Assembly (NCBI GenBank): GCA_964016885.1
Contig: OZ024741.1
Span: 254,262,001 to 254,326,000 of the forward strand
DNA: 64,000 bases
Direction of reading: 5' to 3'
Source of the DNA: Eledone cirrhosa
Lineage: Eukaryota
Shown here: piece after piece, positions 17,873 to 30,866 of the stretch
Layout of the letters: each line of letters opens with the position of its first letter
Numbering within the stretch: position 1 is the stretch's first letter
The notes under the pieces: generated by a model
What the model was told of the DNA's origin: nothing
Databases searched by the model: none
The model's input: the letters and a program-made list of their open reading frames with translations, nothing else
Position numbers and translations under genes: made by a program

Positions 17873-18222
17873 GGAGGCACATGGCTTAGTGGTTAGAGCA
17901 TTGGCCTTGCAATCGAAAGGTTGTGAGTTCAATTCTCAGACCGGGTGATGTGTTGTTTCCTTGAGCAAGAGACTTTATTTCACATTGCTCCAGTTTACTC
18001 AGCTGTAGAAATGAGATGATAGGGACTGGGGTCTCTATCATTCCACTGCAAAGTGGTCGTGGAGGTGCCACGGCAAAAAAAAGCACCCAGCACTCACTGT
18101 AAATGAGGTTGGTGTTAGGAAGGGCATCCAGCTGTAGAAATCAAGCCAGAATCAGTTCCCGTCCCACCCTTGCAAGCAGGGAAAAACGGACGTAAAATGA
18201 AATGATGATGATGATGATGATG
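17873..18222 (+). mobile_element. tRNA-derived SINE with RTE-derived 3' tail
   Basis: A box TGGCTTAGTGG (17882), B box GAGTTCAATTC (17926), tccttgagcaag core; tail matches RTE UTR ~30315-30465 and RTE tip 27034-27093; ends in (TGA)n. Confidence 0.88.
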
Positions 18223-18403
18223 TACATATATATATATATATATGTACATATATATATATATATATGTACATATATATATATATATATATGTACATATATA
18301 TATATATATATATATGTACATATATATATATATATATATATGTACATATATATATATATATATATAATATAAGATCAAAAGATGGTTAAAGGAGTTCCAT
18401 ATA

Positions 18404-18470
18404 TTTTATTATGCGCATTTCAAAAACAAACATCATCAAACAATAATATTTGTGTTTTCATCAGATAAAA
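18404..18470 (-). ncRNA. Mirror copy of the same hammerhead motif
   Basis: Reverse complement of 18593-18659 in the left palindrome arm. Confidence 0.78.
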
Positions 18471-18528
18471 CAGGAGAACATGATATGAAGGCTAAAAAAC
18501 ACTTGTTGATAGTGCAGTTTTAAATCAA

Positions 18529-18785
18529 CATATGTTGATTTAAAACTGCACTATCAACAAGTGTTTTTTAGCCTTCATATCATGTTCTTCTGTTTTATCT
18601 GATGAAAACACAAATATTATTGTTTGATGATGTTTGTTTTTGAAATGCGCATAATAAAATATATGGAACTCCTTTAACCATCTTTTGATCTTATATTATG
18701 CATACTCCAGTCCCACAAACTGTAGAGTGCTTCTTATCCGATATCTGCATTGCTTTATTGTACTACAATAAAACTCACCTCCTAC

Positions 18786-18788
<3 letters not shown>
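18529..18788 (+). mobile_element. Hammerhead-containing pLTR-like repeat (Penelope-type terminus) with an inverted partial copy upstream
   Basis: Second copy at 29023-29120 plus 30577-30699; ends ctcacctcctaca then (TA)n in both. Confidence 0.7.
18593..18659 (+). ncRNA. Type I hammerhead ribozyme motif
   Basis: ttttat-CTGATGA-[stem II acaaatatta/tgatgtttgt]-GAAA-tgcgca-TA-ataaaa; palindromic stem III; 6-bp stem I. Confidence 0.8.
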
Positions 18789-18839
<51 letters not shown>

Positions 18840-18857
18840 TATATATATATATATATG

Positions 18858-18888
<31 letters not shown>

Positions 18889-19242
18889 GTATGCATGTAT
18901 ACGTACATACATATATGTATACAGACGTACAGTAGCATGCACATATATATATATATATACATATATATATACATATGCATACAGGTACACATACATATAT
19001 GCACGTATCACATTTAAGTAAGTGCCATACTAAGAGTGAGAAATGAAATTTCGTTTTCATTTTGTTTCAATATATATATATACATTGGAATAAATGCTCT
19101 GAAATAGCGATATATATGTGAATATAGACATAGAATATTCGAAAATATTCTGTATGTTTATAATAAACATTTTGAAGACCTAATCGCTATAGAATAGAAT
19201 ACGTCACGTATTACAATTAGATTCTCGATAAAAGCAAGGGAA

Positions 19243-20835
19243 GTAATCTACGCGTTTCATTCTTGTTAGAAATCATCAGGACTACATATCCAGTGCTTTT
19301 ATCGAGAATGACACAGCTAGAGACTTATAGAATACTTAGCTGTGTACAGGAACTGGTTTGAAAGAGCGGTTGCCGGTCCGGCAGAAATTAGAAATTGGAA
19401 TAAATGCTCTGAAATAGCGATATATATGTGAATATAGACATAGAATATTCGAAAATATTCTGTATGTTTATAATAAACATTTTGAAGACCTAATCGCTAT
19501 AGAATAGAATACGTCACGTATTACAATTAGATTCTCGATAAAAGCAAGGGAAGTAATCTACGCGTTTCATTCTTGTTAGAAATCATCAGGACTACATATC
19601 CAGTGCTTTTATCGAGAATGACACAGCTAGAGACTTATAGAATACTTAGCTGTGTACAGGAACTGGTTTGAAAGAGCGGTTGCCGGTCCGGCAGAAATTA
19701 GAAATTGGAATAAATGCTCTGAAATAGCGATATATATGTGAATATAGACATAGAATATTCGAAAATATTCTGTATGTTTATAATAAACATTTTGAAGACC
19801 TAATCGCTATAGAATAGAATACGTCACGTATTACAATTAGATTCTCGATAAAAGCAAGGGAAGTAATCTACGCGTTTCATTCTTGTTAGAAATCATCAGG
19901 ACTACATATCCAGTGCTTTTATCGAGAATGACACAGCTAGAGACTTATAGAATACTTAGCTGTGTACAGGAACTGGTTTGAAAGAGCGGTTGCCGGTCCG
20001 GCAGAAATTAGAAATTGGAATAAATGCTCTGAAATAGCGATATATATGTGAATATAGACATAGAATATTCGAAAATATTCTGTATGTTTATAATAAACAT
20101 TTTGAAGACCTAATCGCTATAGAATAGAATACGTCACGTATTACAATTAGATTCTCGATAAAAGCAAGGGAAGTAATCTACGCGTTTCATTCTTGTTAGA
20201 AATCATCAGGACTACATATCCAGTGCTTTTATCGAGAATGACACAGCTAGAGACTTATAGAATACTTAGCTGTGTACAGGAACTGGTTTGAAAGAGCGGT
20301 TGCCGGTCCGGCAGAAATTAGAAATTGGAATAAATGCTCTGAAATAGCGATATATATGTGAATATAGACATAGAATATTCGAAAATATTCTGTATGTTTA
20401 TAATAAACATTTTGAAGACCTAATCGCTATAGAATAGAATACGTCACGTATTACAATTAGATTCTCGATAAAAGCAAGGGAAGTAATCTACGCGTTTCAT
20501 TCTTGTTAGAAATCATCAGGACTACATATCCAGTGCTTTTATCGAGAATGACACAGCTAGAGACTTATAGAATACTTAGCTGTGTACAGGAACTGGTTTG
20601 AAAGAGCGGTTGCCGGTCCGGCAGAAATTAGAAATTGGAATAAATGCTCTGAAATAGCGATATATATGTGAATATAGACATAGAATATTCGAAAATATTC
20701 TGTATGTTTATAATAAACATTTTGAAGACCTAATCGCTATAGAATAGAATACGTCACGTATTACAATTAGATTCTCGATAAAAGCAAGGGAAGTAATCTA
20801 CGCGTTTCATTCTTGTTAGAAATCATCAGGACTAC
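19243..20835 (-). ncRNA. Six 43-nt minimal hammerheads (19243-19285, 19553-19595, 19863-19905, 20173-20215, 20483-20525, 20793-20835)
   Basis: Minus strand: gtagtc-CTGATGA-tttctaacaagaat-GAAA-cgcg-TA-gattac. Confidence 0.9.
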
Positions 20836-21340
20836 ATATCCAGTGCTTTTATCGAGAATGACACAGCTAGAGACTTATAGAATACTTAGCTGTGTACAGG
20901 AACTGGTTTGAAAGAGCGGTTGCCGGTCCGGCAGAAATTAGAAATTGGAATAAATGCTCTGAAATAGCGATATATATGTGAATATAGACATAGAATATTC
21001 GAAAATATTCTGTATGTTTATAATAAACATTTTGAAGACCTAATCGCTATAGAATAGAATACGTCACGTATTACAATTAGATTCTCGATAAAAGCAAGGG
21101 AAGTAATCTACGCGTTTCATATGCTATAGCGATTAGGTCTTCAAAATGTTTATTATAAACATACAGAATATTTTCGAATATTCTATGTCTATATTCACAT
21201 ATATATCGCTATTTCAGAGCATTTATTCCAATTTCTAATTTCTGCCGGACCGGCAACCGCTCTTTCAAACCAGTTCCTGTACACAGCTAAGTATTCTATA
21301 AGTCTCTAGCTGTGTCATTCTCGATAAAAGCACTGGATAT

Positions 21341-22003
21341 GTAGTCCTGATGATTTCTAACAAGAATGAAACGCGTAGATTACTTCCCTTGCTTTTATCG
21401 AGAATCTAATTGTAATACGTGACGTATTCTATTCTATAGCGATTAGGTCTTCAAAATGTTTATTATAAACATACAGAATATTTTCGAATATTCTATGTCT
21501 ATATTCACATATATATCGCTATTTCAGAGCATTTATTCCAATTTCTAATTTCTGCCGGACCGGCAACCGCTCTTTCAAACCAGTTCCTGTACACAGCTAA
21601 GTATTCTATAAGTCTCTAGCTGTGTCATTCTCGATAAAAGCACTGGATATGTAGTCCTGATGATTTCTAACAAGAATGAAACGCGTAGATTACTTCCCTT
21701 GCTTTTATCGAGAATCTAATTGTAATACGTGACGTATTCTATTCTATAGCGACTAGGTCTTCAAAATGTTTATTATAAACATACAGAATATTTTCGAATA
21801 TTCTATGTCTATATTCACATATATATCGCTATTTCAGAGCATTTATTCCAATTTCTAATTTCTGCCGGACCGGCAACCGCTCTTTCAAACCAGTTCCTGT
21901 ACACAGCTAAGTATTCTATAAGTCTCTAGCTGTGTCATTCTCGATAAAAGCACTGGATATGTAGTCCTGATGATTTCTAACAAGAATGAAACGCGTAGAT
22001 TAC
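21341..22003 (+). ncRNA. Three 43-nt minimal hammerheads (21341-21383, 21651-21693, 21961-22003)
   Basis: gtagtc-CTGATGA-tttctaacaagaat-GAAA-cgcg-TA-gattac; predicted cleavage after GUA at 21377, 21687 and 21997. Confidence 0.9.
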
Positions 22004-22129
22004 TTCCCTTGCTTTTATCGAGAATCTAATTGTAATACGTGACGTATTCTATTCTATAGCGATTAGGTCTTCAAAATGTTTATTATAAACATACAGAATA
22101 TTTTCGAATATTCTATGTCTATATTCACA

Positions 22130-22161
<32 letters not shown>

Positions 22162-22181
22162 CATATATATATATATATATA

Positions 22182-22228
<47 letters not shown>

Positions 22229-22230
<2 letters not shown>

Positions 22231-22754
22231 CATCATCACCATCATCATCATCGTTTAACGTCCGTGTTCCACGTTTGCATGGGTTTGGACGGAGGGTTTT
22301 CCCACTTGAGGCAAGAGTGGTTATCTTGCTCGCATAGGACTATCTGGCGGGTTTTCTACAGCTGGATGCCCTTCCTAACACCAACCACATTTACAGTGTG
22401 GGGCTGGGAGGTTTTTACCATGTTGCCTACACGGCCACATTACAGCGTGAACTGTGTGTTTTTTTGACGTGACACCTACACGATCTCATTTGTTTCGGCC
22501 TGGATGTTGTGGCACCAACATAACTTTACATTGAAAGGGGCGGAGTGGATGGGGTGGGGGTGGTGGGAAGGGGGTGTATTTTGTTAGAGATGCCTACTGG
22601 CTGTAGTAGGTTTTACTTTGTATTTAGGTAAGGCGGGTCTTCTCTATTACTGAGTACCGCCAAAGGTCTCGGTCCAGTGACATTGTCTTGGTGAGGTGTA
22701 AGTGTGTGAGGTCGGAATTTATCAGCTCGTCCCAGGTTTTTCTGTGTCTGCCTA
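22229..22754 (-). mobile_element. RTE family A, 3' fragment
   Basis: Reverse complement of ~1385-1878, with a (CAT)n tail on the + strand. Confidence 0.9.
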
Positions 22755-22842
22755 TATATATATATATGTATATATATATGTACATATATATATATATATG
22801 TATATATATATGTACATATATATATATATATGTATATATATA

Positions 22843-22902
<60 letters not shown>

Positions 22903-22911
22903 TATATCTAT

Positions 22912-25900
22912 ATCATCATCAACGTTTAACGTCCGTGTTCCACGCTTGCATGGGTTTGGACGGGGGTATTCCCACTTGAGGCAAGAGTGATTGTCTTGCT
23001 CGCATAGGACTGTCTGGCAGGTTTTCTACAGTTGGATGCACTTCCTAACACCAACCACATTTACAGTGTGGGTCTGGGAGGTTTTTACCGTTTTGCCTAC
23101 ACGGCCACATTACAGCGTGGACTGTGTGTTTTTTGGTCGTGACACCTACACGATCTCATTTGTTTCGGCCTGGATGGTGTGGCACCAACATAACTTTACA
23201 TAGGAGGGGTTGGTGTGGATGGGGTGGAGTGGGTGGGACGGGGGTGTATTTTGTTATGGATGCCTACTGGCTGTAGTAGGTTTTACTATGTATTTAGGTA
23301 AGGCGGGTCTTCTCTATTACTGAGTACCGCCAAAGGTCTCGGTCCAGTGACATTGTCTTGGAGAGGTGTAAGTGTGTGAGGTCGGAGTTTATCAGCTCGT
23401 CCCAGGATTTTCTAGGTCTGCCTATTCCGTGGCTACCGTCTATCTTTATTGCCCTGCACTTTGTTATACAGCTATCGACTTTCATGCGCATCACATGTCC
23501 ATACCAACGTAGCCTTCTCTCGAGTAAACAACATCTGATCCCTCTTATTTCTAATTTTTTCCTTAGTTCGTTCATGCTTTGCCGTTCACGTATATTACTA
23601 TTACACATCCAGCGGAGCATGCAAGCTTCATTCCTCTCTAGTCTGCGTATATTATCTGCAAACAATGCCCAGGTCTCACTGCCATGCAACATTGCTGTTC
23701 GTATGCAGGCATCATACAACCTGCCTTTCATTTTTAGGGAGAACCCTCTAGCGGCTAATAGTGGTATAATCTATCTGAACTTTTTCCATCCCGTTCTGAC
23801 TCTAGCTACTGTACTTTCAGAGCACCCTCCCCCACTGCTGATTTTGTCACCCAGGTAACGGAAGCTGTCCACTATTTCTATAGAGCCCTCTGCGCAATTG
23901 TAAGAGCTAGTATTTTGTGGGCACTTGCTGCTACTTATTGCACCAGAGCAGCGCACACATGTAAAATCTATGTTCTTAGTTAGCTTACCTGTGATCCCAC
24001 TACATCTTTTATGCACCCATACTTTGCATTTGGGACATAAAATGGAGTTTCTACCTATGCCTTTCCTACACACTGAGCATGGCCATTTCCCGGAAGGGAC
24101 CGCCGCCTTATTTTCTTTCCTATAAACTAGAACTTTAGTCTTAGCCAGGTTAATTTTAAGGCCTTTTGATTCTAGGCAGTGCTTCCATGTTTGGAATTTC
24201 TTCTCTAGCTCGGCCATTGATTCAGCTATGAGTGTCAGGTCGTCTGCGTATAGGAGTTCCCATGGGCAGCCGGTCTTGAACTCCTCTGTTATAGCCTGAA
24301 GGGCAATAATAAATAGCAGGGGGCTGAGAACAGAGCCCTGATGGACGCCAACTTTTACCCTAAACTCTTCACTATATTCGTTGTTAATTCTAACCTTGCT
24401 GACTGTTTCTTTATACATGGCTTGTATAGCTCTCACAAGCCATTCGTCGACACCTAGTTTTCTAAGGGCTCACCAGATAATGGAACGGGGGGACTCTGTC
24501 AAAGGCTTTCTCCAAGTCGACAAAAGCTAAGTAGAGGGGTTTACCTTTAGCTAGGTACTTCTCCTGTAGTTGACGTAAAATGAAAAGAGCGTCTGTGGTA
24601 CTTTTTCCTGACACAAACCCGAACTGCATTTCATCTAGGTCAATTCTCTCTCTGATTAGTTGCGCTATTACTTTTTCCGTGACCTTCATGACCTGGTCGA
24701 TTAAATTAATGCCTCTATAGTTACTCCTGTCTAGGGCATCTCCTTTACCCTTATAACAGTTAACGATGATGCTGCTATGCCAGTCCTTCGGAACAACCCC
24801 ATTCTGTACGACTTGGTTAACTATCCGGGTGACCATGGTGTGTCCCACCGTGCCAGAGGCTTTCAGCATCTCAGCAACTATTTCCGAAGGCCCAGCCGCC
24901 TTACCCGTCTTCATATCCTTGATTGCCTTACTTATTATACTACCCTCGACTAACACTGCTGGTCCCTCTATTGGGTCGATGTGGGGGAGACTGTCTTTCT
25001 CCCATTTATTCTCCTCATTTAGTAGCCTTTCACAGTGACACTTCCAAGCTACCTTCTTATTAGTGTCGGTGATGGCAAGTACGCCGTCATCATTAAGTAC
25101 ACACTTCTCCCCGACAATATCACGGTTTTCCTTGACACATTGCCTAGCAATCCTGAACACCTCACGTTTTTGGTCCTCGCGTTGTAGAACATGCTTGAAC
25201 TTTCTTTCCTCTGCTTCCCTCCTGGCCACTTGATAGTCTTCTCTACTTCCCCCATCCCACCATACTTTCCAAGACTGCTTTTTGGCCTTAATTGACCCCT
25301 CCACCTTACTGTTCCACCACCATGTTACTCTCCTCCTGCCAACAGGCCTGCTCCAGCCACAGACTTCGTCTGTCGCCATCAGCAGGTTTGCTTTCAGAAA
25401 TTCCCACTGTCCCTCTATATTGTCCGACTCTAAATGCTCTTCCTTACTGTCGAAAGCATCAAGTAATATGCTTTGAAATTTATTTCTGGCTGTGGGGTCC
25501 TTTAGCTTCCATATTTTTCTCCTGAGGATAGTCCTCTTCTGCTGTCGAGTACGTCTCGTCCTGACTATGAGGTCGCTAATTATCAGTCTATGTTGGGAGG
25601 TGCATTCTTCATGAGGGAGGGATTTAGTGTTTACAACAGACACTCTGTCACGTCTTCTGGTAAGGATATAATCTACCTGGCTTGTGTGTTCCCCGGATCT
25701 ATAGGTGATCAGGTGATTGTCACGTTTTTTGAAGTTAGTGTTACAGATAGTTAGGTTATTTGCGTCACAGAATTCCAGGATTCTGGAGCCTTCCTCATTT
25801 CTAGTACCAAACCCATAGCCTCCATGGATTTCGTCGTAGCCATCACAATGTTGTCCAATGTGACAATTTAGGTCGCCTGCAATAATTATATAGTCACTGT

Positions 25901-26419
25901 CGGTTATTTGGGAGGTAGTGAGCATCAGTGTCTCATAGAATCTGTCTTTTATAGCGCCGGGCAGTCCGGATTGGGGTGCGTACGCAGATATTACTGTCAC
26001 CGTAGTTCTATTGAGGACAAGTCTTATTTTAATTATTCTGTCGTTCACTCTATTTACGTCTATTATCTTATCTGCCCACTTTTCTGCTACCATGATTCCT
26101 ACTCCACCCTGCCCATCGTCGTTTCCCACCCAGAAAAGCTTATAACATCGTTTTTTACCCTCAATGAATCTAGCAGACCCACCCCTCCTCCTGGTCTCTT
26201 GAATACAACAAACATCGACCTCCTTACGTTCAAGCATTTCTACAACCTCGTTAGCGCGACCCTTTAAGGTGCCTACATTTATGGTACCAACTCTGAAGTT
26301 TTGGATTGCGTTTGGAGGGTGGGGCGGGGGGGGCGGGGGGAGAAGGGGTTATGTTAGCCGTCCGCGGTCGAAACAAGGAGGAGTGCTCGCATTCTCGTCC
26401 ACAAGGTGAATTTGTCTTT
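22912..26419 (-). mobile_element. RTE family A, near full-length (APE endonuclease + RT), two frameshifts
   Basis: APE motifs CIQET, SAYAPQ, GDLN, VDYIL, SQHRL in 24462-26237; RT continues in 23771-24436 and 23294-23731; frameshifts near 24487 and 23771; both ends in (TA)n. Confidence 0.95.
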
Positions 26420-26432
26420 ATATATATATATA

Positions 26433-26510
<78 letters not shown>

Positions 26511-26520
26511 CATATATATA

Positions 26521-26560
<40 letters not shown>

Positions 26561-26585
26561 TATACATATATATATGTACATATGT

Positions 26586-27091
26586 ACGAAGAAGGGTTTC
26601 TCCCTGCGTACGAAAGGCCGGTTGTATGATGCCTGTGTGAGGAGCGCGATGCTGCATGGTAGTGAGACATGGGCAGCAACTGCAGAAGATATGCGACGGC
26701 TGGAGAGAAATGAGGCAAGCATGCTCCGTTGGATGTGCAATGTAAATGTGCATGAACGACCCAGCATAAATGTGTTGAGAGAGAAACTGTGTCTGAGAGG
26801 GATAGAATGTAGTGTACGGGAGAGGAGACTGAGGTGGTATGGACATGTGATGCGCATGGAGGATGACCGATGGGTGAAGAAGTGCCAGGAAATGGCAGTT
26901 GAAGGAAGACGTGGTAGAGGTAGACCACGAAAAACATGGGCGGAGGTGGTGAGAACAGACCTCAGATCATTGAAGCTCACGGTGGAGATGACGAGGGACC
27001 GTGACGAGTGGAGAGATGCTGTGCTGAATAAGACCCGTCCCACCCTTGCAAGCAGGGAAAAGCGGACGTAAAATGATGATGATGATGATGA

Positions 27092-27093
<2 letters not shown>
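26586..27093 (+). mobile_element. RTE family B, 3' fragment with almost no 3' UTR
   Basis: [36 protein letters not shown]; stop at 27069-27071 directly before (TGA)n. Confidence 0.9.
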
Positions 27094-28320
<1,227 letters not shown>

Positions 28321-29022
28321 GTAAAATTTCTCAAGTTACTCATTCTACATCGCTCCTCTTTATCACATCCCTTTCTTCTATTCTTCTTTTAATATCTAAC
28401 CCCTAATCTGTACCTTTTCTCACTCTTGCCTAACATAGAATCAATTATTACATAATACAATACATTCTTACTCTATATCACCTTGTAAAAAATCCTTCGG
28501 TAACATATACATATTTTTGACGTTAGATTATTCATCCTCAATTCATTATTCTTTTCTCCCTTTCATGGTCATCTCACAATATTTCCTTACTTAAATAACC
28601 TGCTGTTCCTTTAAATAATACATATCAACATTTTCTTAACATCGCACATATTATTAAACCCTTAAACATTATTCTCAATACATATTAACATTTTCTTTTT
28701 CATCGCACATATTATCAAACCCCTCAATATACAAACCTTAACTTTACATTTTTTTCTCTTCGTTAATTTTCAAATTCTTTTAATTTATACATTATCTTCC
28801 AACGGTTTTCAACCTCTCTATGTAAAACAATATATCTTTCTCAGTTATAAAAGCTATCTCTCTCTCTCTATCACCCATCTCTCCTCCTATCTCATCCTTC
28901 CTCATTATACTCCTCCTTCTCCACTTTTTACTCTCATCTCCTCCTCTTTTTCATCCTATTCCCCCCCCCCCTCTAAATAAAATATTTTTCCCAATATCAC
29001 ACATCAATCTAAAACTACTTCT

Positions 29023-29120
29023 CATATGTTGATTTAAAACTGAACTATCCACAAGTGTTTTTTAACCTTCATATCATGTCTTCCTGTTTTATCTGATGAA
29101 AACACAAATATTATTGCATG
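29023..29120 (+). mobile_element. 5' part of a second pLTR-like repeat (hammerhead broken by RTE insertion)
   Basis: Matches 18529-18628, including ttttatCTGATGAaaacacaaatattattg. Confidence 0.85.
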
Positions 29121-30575
29121 ATGGCTTGTGAAAGCGGTACAAGCCATGTATAGGGGAGCAGTCAGCAAAGTTAGGATTAGAAATGAGTATAGCGAGGAAT
29201 TTAGCGTACAGGTTGGGGTCCACCAGGGCTCTGTTCTTAGCCCTCTCCTGTTCATCATAGTCCTGCAGGCAATAACGGAGGAGTTTAAGACCGGATGCCC
29301 ATGGGAACTCCTGTATGCTGATGACCTCGCACTCATAGCTGAATCTATGGTAGAACTAGAGAATAAATTCCAAACCTGGAAGCAGGGACTAGAAAGAAAG
29401 GGTCTCAAAGTCAACATGACAAAGACTAAGGTCCTTGTAATTAGACGAGAAACAGAACCCAGATCCCCTCAGGGAAATGGCCTTGCTCAGTATGTAGGAA
29501 AGGTGTAGGTAGGAACTCCATTCTCTGCCCCAAATGCAAACAATGGGTACACAAGAGATGTAGCGGGATCTCAGGAAGCTTAATTAGAGATGTAGGATTC
29601 ACATGCAGCAGCTGTGCTGAAACAGCAAGCAGCAAACAGCCACAGGAAACAAGTACCACCAATCTCTGTGAGGGCCCTGTAGAAACAGTAGACAGCTTCT
29701 GCTACCTAGGTGACCGAATTAGCAACGGAGGTGGGTGTTCAGAAAGTACAATAACTAGAGTAAGAACGGGATGGAAGAAGTTTAGGGAACTAATACCACT
29801 GCTAGCTGCAAAAGGCTTCTCCCTCAGAATGAAAGGCAGACTGTATGATGCGTGTATCCGAACAGCGATGTTGCATGGTAGTTAAACCTGGGCGCTGAAG
29901 GTGGAAGACTTACGTAGATTAGAGAGAAACGAAGCCTGCATGCTCCGATGGATGTGTAACAGTAATATACGTGAACGACAAAGCATAAATGAATTGAGAG
30001 AGAGACTGAGCATAAGAGGAATCAAATGCTGCGTGCAGGAGAGGCGGTTACGCTGGTATGGACATGTGATGCGTATGAAGGATGACAGCTGCATAAAAAG
30101 GTGCAGAGCACTAGAAGTTGATGGAAACCGCGGAGTGGGGAGACCCAAGATGACTTGGGATGAGGTGATAAAAGCCGACCTTACCCAACTACACCTCTCA
30201 AAGTCAATGACACACGACCGTGACTTCTGGCGTCACGCAGTAATACAGGGTACCCGACCTCCCATGGGTACATGCTGAAGCATATAAACAATATGCCCCC
30301 CCCCCCACCGCAAGGTGGTCGTGGAGGTGCCACGGCAAAAAAGCACCCAGCCCACACTGTAAAGTGGACGTGTAGGCGCCACGAAAAAGCACCCAGCACT
30401 CACTGTAAATGAGGTTGGTGTTAGGAAGGGCATCCAGCTGTAGAAATCAAGCCAGATCAGTTCCTGTATGAGCAAGGCATGGTCAGCCGACCAGACACTG
30501 CCCACAACAGGACAACCCGTCTAACCCATGCTAGCGTGGAAGAACGGACGTAAAACGGTGATGATGATGATGATG
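29121..30575 (+). mobile_element. RTE family C, 5'-truncated and disrupted
   Basis: GVHQGSVLSPLLF, LYADDL, Cys finger, RRLRWYGHV; frameshift near 29450 and stop at 29883; 3' UTR with (TGA)n. Confidence 0.92.
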
Positions 30576-30576
30576 T

Positions 30577-30694
30577 AACTCTTTTAACCATCTTTTGTTC
30601 TTATATATTATGTATACTCCAGTCCTACAAATTGTAGAGTGCTTCTTATCCGATATCTGCATTGCTTTATTGTAGTACAATAAAACTCACCTCC

Positions 30695-30699
<5 letters not shown>
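30577..30699 (+). mobile_element. 3' part of the second pLTR-like repeat
   Basis: Matches 18667-18788, then (TA)n. Confidence 0.85.
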
Positions 30700-30726
<27 letters not shown>

Positions 30727-30735
<9 letters not shown>

Positions 30736-30866
30736 AAAAAGGGATGAAATCGAAAATGCAACTGAAGTCTTATTTTTTTAAAAATATATATATCGCTTCG
30801 ATATATATATTTTTAAAAAAAATAAGACTTCAGTTACATTTTCGATTTCATGCCTTTTTCTTTATA
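30727..30866. repeat. Hairpin with ~68-bp arms and a 3-nt loop (CTT)
   Basis: Arms differ by about 2 substitutions and 1 indel; left arm starts in (TA)n. Confidence 0.88.

Larger units (their letters stand above)
18364..18699. repeat. 336-bp spacerless palindrome (168-bp arms, 1 mismatch) centred on CATATG
   Basis: Axis 18531/18532; only mismatch seen is 18474/18589. Confidence 0.93.
19084..22136. mobile_element. 310-bp tandem array with one hammerhead per unit (non-LTR retrozyme-like), in two oppositely oriented blocks
   Basis: Anchor taaatgctct recurs at 19091, 19401, 19711, 20021, 20331, 20641, 20951; ~6.6 units to 21120, then ~3.3 inverted units 21124-22136; only variant noticed is at 21753. 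Confidence 0.9.

Noticed and set aside
17873-17945. tRNA gene (also at 31810 and 35021)
   Set aside because: A/B boxes are present, but there is no acceptor stem and the sequence continues into a SINE body
19084-19393. Second ribozyme in the opposite polarity (ambisense viroid-like unit)
   Set aside because: No CUGANGA core on the other strand (only ctgaaat and ttgaaga); other ribozyme classes would need a covariance-model search
19084-22136. CRISPR-like array or rDNA/histone/5S repeat
   Set aside because: Units are identical with no unique spacers, and show no rRNA, tRNA or coding similarity
26240-26419. HDV-like ribozyme in the RTE 5' region
   Set aside because: Known for some RTEs, but I could not build the nested pseudoknot by eye, and the copy may be 5'-truncated
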